From NCBI GenBank assembly GCA_041479905.1, contig JBGOYY010000002.1, positions 16,802 through 80,801 on the forward strand: 64,000 nt of DNA, read 5' to 3'. Position numbers and translations under genes: made by a program. Origin of the DNA: Candidatus Aminicenantia bacterium. Lineage in GTDB: Bacteria > Acidobacteriota > Aminicenantia > Aminicenantales > Saccharicenantaceae. The notes under the pieces are model-generated. The model was not told the DNA's origin. It made no database searches and was given only the letters and a program-made list of their open reading frames with translations. Each line of letters opens with the position of its first letter. The first letter of the stretch is position 1. Below, in pieces: positions 57,882-64,000 of the stretch.

Positions 57882-58310
57882 ATGGCGAAAGAAGTTCGAA
57901 CCGAGGTCGTATTCAAGGGCGGGATGCGGTTCGACGGCAAGTCGGGCCGGGCCGGAACGCCTGTAGCCATCGACTTCACGCCGGAAGGGGAGGCGATCGA
58001 TGGCTATTCGCCCCTCGAACTGCTCCTCACGAGCCTGGCCGGCTGTAGCAGCCAGGTCGTCGTCGGGCTCTTGAAGCGGATGGGCCAGGAGGTCCGGGAC
58101 CTCACGGTCCGCGCCCGCGGCGAGAAGCGCGAGATCCACCCGACCGTCTTCAATTCGGTCGAGCTCGAGTTCGAATTCCGGGGCGGCCGGGTCAACGGCC
58201 CCTCGGTTGAGAAAGCCTTCGCCCTGTCGGAAGAACGCTTTTGTCCGGTCTGGGTCATGCTCAAGGCCAGCGTCCCCATCACGGCGAAGTACCGGCTCAT
58301 GGCCGGCTGA
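57882..58310 (+). CDS. OsmC family protein (YhfA-like)
   Basis: SPLELLLTSLAGC...RFCPV, both Cys present. Confidence 0.9.
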   Translation: MAKEVRTEVVFKGGMRFDGKSGRAGTPVAIDFTPEGEAIDGYSPLELLLTSLAGCSSQVVVGLLKRMGQEVRDLTVRARGEKREIHPTVFNSVELEFEFRGGRVNGPSVEKAFALSEERFCPVWVMLKASVPITAKYRLMAG

Positions 58311-58394
58311 ATACCAAGTTTTTCGCTCCGAATTCGAGAAAATCAGGACGGGCCGGCGTCCCTTCTATATGAGGGCAGCACATAAAATGAAGCA

Positions 58395-58440
58395 TTGACA
58401 TATCTCTGATATGTATTTAATATATGTATTGGAGATATGT
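58395..58440 (+). promoter_or_regulatory. vapBC promoter with palindromic operator
   Basis: TTGACA-17-TAATAT; inverted repeat ACATATCTC(58398)/GAGATATGT(58432). Confidence 0.7.
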
Positions 58441-58641
58441 ATGAGGACGACATTGATCATCCCTGACGACCTGATGAACGACCTGACGGAGGAAACGGGC
58501 GAGAAGAGCAAAACCCTTCTTGTCCGCCGTTCCCTCGAAGAGATGCTCCAGCGCCTCCGCCGCGAGAACTTGAAGCGCTTGCGGGGGACCATCCCCTTGG
58601 ATATCGACCTGGAAACCCTGCGGACGAAAGACCTCACGTGA
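58441..58641 (+). CDS. vapB: VapB-type antitoxin (RHH)
   Basis: MRTTLIIPDDL...SKTLLVRRSL; overlaps the PIN toxin start. Confidence 0.85.
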   Translation: MRTTLIIPDDLMNDLTEETGEKSKTLLVRRSLEEMLQRLRRENLKRLRGTIPLDIDLETLRTKDLT

Positions 58642-59054
58642 AGCCGGAATATTTTATCGATACGAGTGTCTGGATCCCGTATTTCCGGGACGGCGGATCA
58701 GAACATGGAGATTTCATCGATGAGCTCATCGACGATAGTCGCGTTCATATCAACGGTATCGTCCTGGCCGAACTTCTGACTGGAGCGAGGAGTTCGGCCG
58801 AGCTCGACCGGCTGGCCTCGGCGCTGGCCGGATTGAAGCTCCTCCCGAGCGACCGGGCCTCCTCCGAGTCCGCCGGCCGGAGCGGGTTCGTGTTGAAGAA
58901 AAAGGGCCTATCCGTTCCGCTGAGCGATATCATCATCGCCACGGACTGCATCGATCACAGCCTCGTCCTCGTCGAAGCGGACAGGCATTACGCGGCGATC
59001 GCCGCCCATCTGCCTCTCAAGCGGTACGCCCAACAAGTGCATATTCCGGAATGA
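58638..59054 (+). CDS. vapC: VapC-type PIN domain toxin
   Basis: FIDTSVWI, ELLTG, DIIIA, DRHY. Confidence 0.9.
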   Translation: MKPEYFIDTSVWIPYFRDGGSEHGDFIDELIDDSRVHINGIVLAELLTGARSSAELDRLASALAGLKLLPSDRASSESAGRSGFVLKKKGLSVPLSDIIIATDCIDHSLVLVEADRHYAAIAAHLPLKRYAQQVHIPE

Positions 59055-59098
59055 TCCTTGCGCCGAGGCCAAGATGCGCGAGAAGATGAAATGAGCCT

Positions 59099-60133
59099 TT
59101 AGGGTGTGACGATGGCCTTGAGGACACCGTCTCGGCGGGCGGCGGCGGTCTCGTAGGCCGCGCCGGCTTCATCGAGCTTGAAGAAGTGGGTGGCCAGAAA
59201 GTCCGGCTTGACCCGCCCCGTGTAGATCATGCCGACGGCCTTCTCCAGGCACTTATTCTGGCGCCGGACGTTTTGGACGCGGATCTCCCGGCGACGCACT
59301 TTGGAGCTGTCGAACGACACCCGCGGCTCGAGGGGGATGCCGACGACGACGAGCGTCCCGCCGGGCTTGAGCAGGGCGACGGCTTGGTCCAGGGCCGCCT
59401 GGTCGCCGCAGCACTCGAAGACGATGTCGAGACCGAGGGATTCGCGGCCGAGGATCTCGGCGACGACGTCCTCGCGGTCGGGATTGCCGGTCCAATCGGC
59501 CCCGGCCATTTTGGCGGCCTTGACCCGGGCTTCGACCTTGTCCGTCATGAAGAGGGCCCCGGCGCCCTCCGCCTTGAGAACCATGGCCGCGCACAATCCG
59601 ATCGGCCCGGCCCCGAGGAGCCCGGCCGTTTTTCCGCGGACCGACCCGGCCAGCCCGGCCGCGTAGAGGGCGATCGAAAGAGGCTCGGCCAACGCTCCCT
59701 GGATGACGCTCATTTTCGCCGGCAGGGGGACGCAATTCCTCTCCGGGGCCAGGGCGAATTCGGCCATACCGCCGGTGAGTTCGCCGTAGTGGCCGAGGAA
59801 GAGGAGTTTCCGGCAGGTGTGCGGCCGGCCCGTCCGGCACTGGTCGCACGTCCCGCAGGATACGGCCGGTTCGACGACGACCGCGTCTCCCGGCTTGACC
59901 CGGGTGACGCCGCGGCCCACCTCCTCGACGACTCCGGCGCACTCGTGTCCGGGGATGAAGGGGTAGGACACCCGGTCGCCGCCGACGGAGCCGGAGAGGA
60001 AGTAGTGGAGATCGCTGCCGCAGACGCCGACGGCTTGGCTGCGGACGAGGACGTCGTCGTCCCGGACGACGCGCGGCGCAGGAACCTCGCGGATCTCGAT
60101 CGTCCGGACACCGGTCAGGAAGGCGGCTTTCAT
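59099..60133 (-). CDS. Zn-dependent alcohol dehydrogenase (sorbitol/threonine dehydrogenase-like)
   Basis: GVCGSD, GHE, CGTCDQC...C, GAGPIG. Confidence 0.92.
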   Translation of the reverse strand: MKAAFLTGVRTIEIREVPAPRVVRDDDVLVRSQAVGVCGSDLHYFLSGSVGGDRVSYPFIPGHECAGVVEEVGRGVTRVKPGDAVVVEPAVSCGTCDQCRTGRPHTCRKLLFLGHYGELTGGMAEFALAPERNCVPLPAKMSVIQGALAEPLSIALYAAGLAGSVRGKTAGLLGAGPIGLCAAMVLKAEGAGALFMTDKVEARVKAAKMAGADWTGNPDREDVVAEILGRESLGLDIVFECCGDQAALDQAVALLKPGGTLVVVGIPLEPRVSFDSSKVRRREIRVQNVRRQNKCLEKAVGMIYTGRVKPDFLATHFFKLDEAGAAYETAAARRDGVLKAIVTP

Positions 60134-60236
60134 GGCTGCCCTATTATAATGCAGGACGGCCCGATTCCGGAAGACTCGGCCCTTTGACACCGGCCCGGCA
60201 GGTTGATATAGTTCCGGCGTCTTCGAGGAGGCACGC

Positions 60237-61814
60237 ATGAAAAAGCATCTCTCGGGGCGTTCGTTCGCCGTCGTCATCCTGCTCGTCCTTTTCACCGTCC
60301 AGATCGGCGCCCAGGAAAAGCTCGACCTTCCGATGGTCCAGCGCATCCGCAAGGAGGGGCTCGAGAATTCCAGGATCACGGATCTCCTGATCTATCTCTG
60401 CGACGTCTACGGCCCGCGGCTCCCGGCCTCGCCGCAGTACCTCAAGGCCGGGGAATGGGTTGTCGGCAAGGCCAAGGAGCTCGGCCTGGCGAACGCGCAG
60501 ATGGAGACCTACGGCACGTTCGGCCGCAGCTGGGAACTCCAGAAGTTCTACGCCGCGATGACCGCTCCCCAGTACATGCCGCTCATCGCCTTCCCAAAGG
60601 CCTGGACGCCCGGGACGAACGGCGTCCTCAAGGGCAACGCGGTCCTGCTCAACGTCAAGAAGCCCGCCGACTTGGACAAGTACAAGGGCAAGCTCAAGGA
60701 CGCCATCGTCCTGACGCAGGCGGCGCAAGATATCCCGATCTCTTTCGACCCGGTCGCTTCCCGGCTCTCGGACGAAGAACTCAAGAAACTCGTCCTGGCC
60801 GCCGAGCCCGGCGCGCGCTCGCCGTACGCCGCCCGGATGGAGGAGATGATGGCCCAGCAGCAGCTCCAGCTGGCGGTGACCAAGTTCCTCCAGGCCGAAG
60901 GGGCCGGAGTCGTCCTCGAGCCCAGCCGGGGCGGGAAGGACGGGACGGTCTTCGTCGCGAGCGGCGGGTCCCGCACGAAGGGCGCCCCGATGACGCTGCC
61001 GACGGTCGTCGTTGCCCTTGAACACTACAACCGGATCGCTCGCATCCTGCAGAAGGATATCCCCGTCGCGATGGAGGTCGAGGTCCAGGCCCGGTTCACG
61101 GACGACGACCAGCCGGGCTATAACGTCGTCGCCGAACTCCCGGGCGTGGATAAAAAGCTCAAAGCCGAGGTCGTCATGCTGGGCGGCCACTTCGACACCT
61201 GGCACTCGGGCACGGGGGCCACGGACGACGGCGCCGGATGCGCCGTGGCCTTCGAGGCGGTCAGGATCCTGAAGGCGCTGGGCGTCCAGCCCCGCCGCAC
61301 GATCCGCCTGGCCATGTGGGACGCCGAGGAACAGGGCTTCCTCGGCTCGCGCGGCTACGTCACGAACCATTTCTTCGACAGGGGGAAGAAGGAAAAGAAG
61401 CCGGACTACGACAAGCTCGCGGCCTACTTCAACTTCGACAACGGCAGCGGCAAGATCCGCGGCATCTACGCCCAGGGCAACAGCGCCGCGGCCCCGATCT
61501 TCGAGGAGTGGCTCAAGCCCATCCACGACCTCGGCGCCACGACCGTGACCCTCCGCAATACGGGCGGCACCGACCACCTGTCCTTCGACGCCGTCGGCCT
61601 GCCCGGCTTCCAGTTCATCCAGGACGACCTCGAGTACGACACGCTGACCCACCATTCGAACATGGACGTCTACGACCACCTGTCGCGGGGGGATCTGATG
61701 CAGGCGGCGACGGTCATGGCCTGGTTCGTCTACAACGCGGCCATGCGCGAGGAGAAGCTGCCGAGGAAATATTTCGACGCGAGCGCGCCCGTGCCCGGGC
61801 GCGGAAGGAATTAA
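60237..61814 (+). CDS. Exported M28 family peptidase (carboxypeptidase Q-like)
   Basis: GGHFDTW, GATDDG, AEEQG, NFDNG, GTDH, HHSNMD. Confidence 0.9.
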   Translation: MKKHLSGRSFAVVILLVLFTVQIGAQEKLDLPMVQRIRKEGLENSRITDLLIYLCDVYGPRLPASPQYLKAGEWVVGKAKELGLANAQMETYGTFGRSWELQKFYAAMTAPQYMPLIAFPKAWTPGTNGVLKGNAVLLNVKKPADLDKYKGKLKDAIVLTQAAQDIPISFDPVASRLSDEELKKLVLAAEPGARSPYAARMEEMMAQQQLQLAVTKFLQAEGAGVVLEPSRGGKDGTVFVASGGSRTKGAPMTLPTVVVALEHYNRIARILQKDIPVAMEVEVQARFTDDDQPGYNVVAELPGVDKKLKAEVVMLGGHFDTWHSGTGATDDGAGCAVAFEAVRILKALGVQPRRTIRLAMWDAEEQGFLGSRGYVTNHFFDRGKKEKKPDYDKLAAYFNFDNGSGKIRGIYAQGNSAAAPIFEEWLKPIHDLGATTVTLRNTGGTDHLSFDAVGLPGFQFIQDDLEYDTLTHHSNMDVYDHLSRGDLMQAATVMAWFVYNAAMREEKLPRKYFDASAPVPGRGRN

Positions 61815-61868
61815 TAAGGGCTTCTCCCGATTCTGGGTAAGTCCCTCTCTTCGGCTCTGCGATAGATA

Positions 61869-61960
61869 TCGCCCTTAGCCCCCCGCGCCCCCGGGGACCT
61901 GTCCCGACGGTCCCCCCGCCTTCGGCGGGCCCCCCTCCACTACGGGGGTCTTCAGGGCGA
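61869..61960. repeat. Palindromic intergenic element, copy B
   Basis: Core homologous to 5358-5433, closed by TCGCCCT/AGGGCGA. Confidence 0.8.
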
Positions 61961-62009
61961 CACCCATCGCCGCCTCACGAGGGACTTACAAATTAGGGGA
62001 GAAAAACCT

Positions 62010-63488
62010 TTAAAACGGACTCTCCGTCGGATAGAGCATCCCGGCCGGTCGGTTGAAGGAGACGTCCTCGACGCCGAGCATGCGCATCGCCGCCCAGAGC
62101 GTCTTGCCGGCGTGGTCGAAGGCGACAGCTGTGTGGTGGGGGAAGCGCTTCTCGATGAGGACGTGCCGGTAGAACCGTCCCATCTCTTTGATGCCGATGA
62201 CGCCGATCCCGCCGAACGATTTGGGGTCGATATCGAGGACCTCGCCTTCGGCCATGTAGGACCGCAGGACCGTGTCGGCCGTCGACTGGAGCCGGAAGAT
62301 CGTTACCCCGCCCGTCTTGATCCGGCCCTCGAGCGTCCCCCGGGTGATGTTCGGGTCTTTCCCGGGCTCCATGAGCCGGTGCATGATGAGCTGGTAGCGC
62401 ATCTCCGGGTCGAGCATGCACGGCGCCGGGGTGTTGCCGCAGTGGAAACCCATGAACAGGTCGGTGGGTTTGTAGCTTTTCATCGCCTTCTTGGCCCCGG
62501 CGATCATGTCGTAGGGGACGGTGTTGTTGATGTCGAGGAGGGTCGCCGGCAGCTCCGTCGCGCCCGTGCAGATGTACTCGCTGAGGGCGCCATAGATGTC
62601 GACTTCGCAGGCGACCGGGATGCCCCGCGCGGCCAGCCGTGAGTTCACGTAGCAGGGAACGAACCCGAAAAAGCTCTCGAACGCCGGCCAACACTTGTCG
62701 GCGAAGACGCCGTATTCCGACGCCCCAAGGTTGGCCGCCATGAACTTGAGCAGGGCGACCTCGAACTGGGCCAGCTTGACCAGGATGTCGGGGTATCGGT
62801 TCCCGGCGCCGAGCTCGCGGGCCATGTCCGCTGCGACGGCTTTAATCTTGGGGCTGCCCTCGGCCTGCCGGAAGATGTCGTAGAGGTCGAGCTCGCTGTT
62901 CTCCATGACCTCGACGCCGAGGTCGTAGAGGGGCTTGATGGGTGCGTTGCAGGCCAGAAAATCCTGGGGTCTCGGCCCGAAGGAGAATATCTTCAACTTG
63001 GCCAAACCGAGGATGATCCGGGCGACGGGCACGAAGCCGGCGACCATCGCGGCCACCTCTTCCGGCGTGCCGACCGGATACTCGGGGACGTGGGGCCGGA
63101 GCTTCCTCAGGCCCGTGTTGTAGGAGGTGTTGAGCAGGCCGCAGTAGGCGTCGCCCCGTCCGCCGACCAGGTCTTTCCCCGATTCCTCGGCGGCCGCGGC
63201 GTACATCACCGGCCCGCCGAACTTCTGGGCCAGGATCGTCGTCGGGCCCTCGGGCCCGAAGTTGCCGAGGTAGAGGACCAGAGCGTTGACGTTCTTCGCC
63301 CGGACCTCTTCGAGCGCTTGAAGCGCGTCTTTCTCGTTCTCGACGATGGTCGGGATCCGGGTTACGGTCAGGCCGGCCTTGCGGCACTCCTCGGCGACGC
63401 GGAGCTGGCGTTTCCGGGAGAGTTCGATCGGGAAGCAGTCGCGGCTGACGGCGACGAGGCCGAGGCGCACCTTGGGCATGTTAATCAT
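62010..63488 (-). CDS. L-fucose/L-arabinose isomerase family protein
   Basis: GNFGPE, GDAYCG, KCWP, ACEVD, FHCG, FPHH. Confidence 0.85.
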   Translation of the reverse strand: MINMPKVRLGLVAVSRDCFPIELSRKRQLRVAEECRKAGLTVTRIPTIVENEKDALQALEEVRAKNVNALVLYLGNFGPEGPTTILAQKFGGPVMYAAAAEESGKDLVGGRGDAYCGLLNTSYNTGLRKLRPHVPEYPVGTPEEVAAMVAGFVPVARIILGLAKLKIFSFGPRPQDFLACNAPIKPLYDLGVEVMENSELDLYDIFRQAEGSPKIKAVAADMARELGAGNRYPDILVKLAQFEVALLKFMAANLGASEYGVFADKCWPAFESFFGFVPCYVNSRLAARGIPVACEVDIYGALSEYICTGATELPATLLDINNTVPYDMIAGAKKAMKSYKPTDLFMGFHCGNTPAPCMLDPEMRYQLIMHRLMEPGKDPNITRGTLEGRIKTGGVTIFRLQSTADTVLRSYMAEGEVLDIDPKSFGGIGVIGIKEMGRFYRHVLIEKRFPHHTAVAFDHAGKTLWAAMRMLGVEDVSFNRPAGMLYPTESPF

Positions 63489-64000
63489 GATCGGTCTCCT
63501 TCTTCTGTCCGTAGTAAGCCTGGGGTCCGTGCTTTCTGAGGTAGTGCTTTTCCTGGATATAGCGGTCGAGGGGCGCGAGGTTGCGGTCGAGGGCCATCGT
63601 GCCGAAGGCCGTCTTGGCCACGAGCTCCAGGACGAGGGCGGTCTCGACGGATTCCGCGGGCGTCCGGCCCCAGGCGAAAGGCCCGTGCCCGGCGACGAGG
63701 ACCGCGGGGAGTTCGAGGGGGTCGACTCCGGCGAACCGTTCGACGATGATCTTTCCCGTGTTCCGCTCGTAATCCTCGACGACCTCGGCTTCGACGAGGA
63801 GCCGGGTCAGCGGGACCGGCCCGTGGAACTGGTCGGCGTGCGTCGTCCCGAAACAGGGGATCTCCCGCCCCGCCTGGGCGAACATCGTCGCGTACTCGCT
63901 ATGGGCGTGGGCGATGCCGCCGACCTGGGGGAAGGCCTTGTAGAGCTCGACATGCGTCGGCGTGTCCGAGGACGGACTGAGCCAGCCCTCGACGACGCGG
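63481..64000 (-). CDS. araD: L-ribulose-5-phosphate 4-epimerase (5' part outside the window)
   Basis: PSSDTPTH, HAHS, GTTHAD, HGPFAWG, HYLRKHG...YYGQ. Confidence 0.9.
   Translation of the reverse strand, partial: RVVEGWLSPSSDTPTHVELYKAFPQVGGIAHAHSEYATMFAQAGREIPCFGTTHADQFHGPVPLTRLLVEAEVVEDYERNTGKIIVERFAGVDPLELPAVLVAGHGPFAWGRTPAESVETALVLELVAKTAFGTMALDRNLAPLDRYIQEKHYLRKHGPQAYYGQKKETDHD

Noticed and set aside
1-64000. CRISPR array, cas genes, rRNA
   Set aside because: No regularly spaced repeats with unique spacers and no such motifs seen.

Overview
GC-rich bacterial chromosome segment. The gene content (GWxTD protein, zf-HC2 anti-sigma/ECF/DUF4097 cassettes, TPR kinases, HypD) suggests an anaerobic Acidobacteriota/Aminicenantes-like organism, which is inference only. 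It holds about 55 CDS, mostly for peptide and sugar scavenging (amidohydrolases, cyanophycinase, dipeptide epimerase, M28 peptidase, GH36, GH116, galM, sugar porter, pentose isomerase/epimerase, hydroxyproline dehydratase), plus purM, murJ, tRNA-Ala(CGC) and a VapBC pair. Five things stand out. (1) A translationally coupled arsenic operon at 25.6-30.6 kb: radical SAM/SPASM, arsR, an ArsC fused to a lipoyl-carrier H-protein domain, two DGC proteins, OsmC and acr3. This may be a lipoate-linked arsenic detoxification system. (2) A complete 2748-bp IS1-family element (14-bp inverted repeats, 8-bp target duplication) with four passenger genes and a compact alanine-type tRNA-like sequence just upstream of its transposase. 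(3) An adjacent AT-rich defence island (methyltransferase, PD-(D/E)xK nuclease, DUF262/HNH protein). (4) A 1.1-kb insertion that duplicated and synonymously recoded the 3' end of a YfcC gene. (5) A dispersed palindromic repeat with covarying stems, and recurrent leaderless-type promoters. All family calls come from motif recognition by eye. No searches or folding programs were run.
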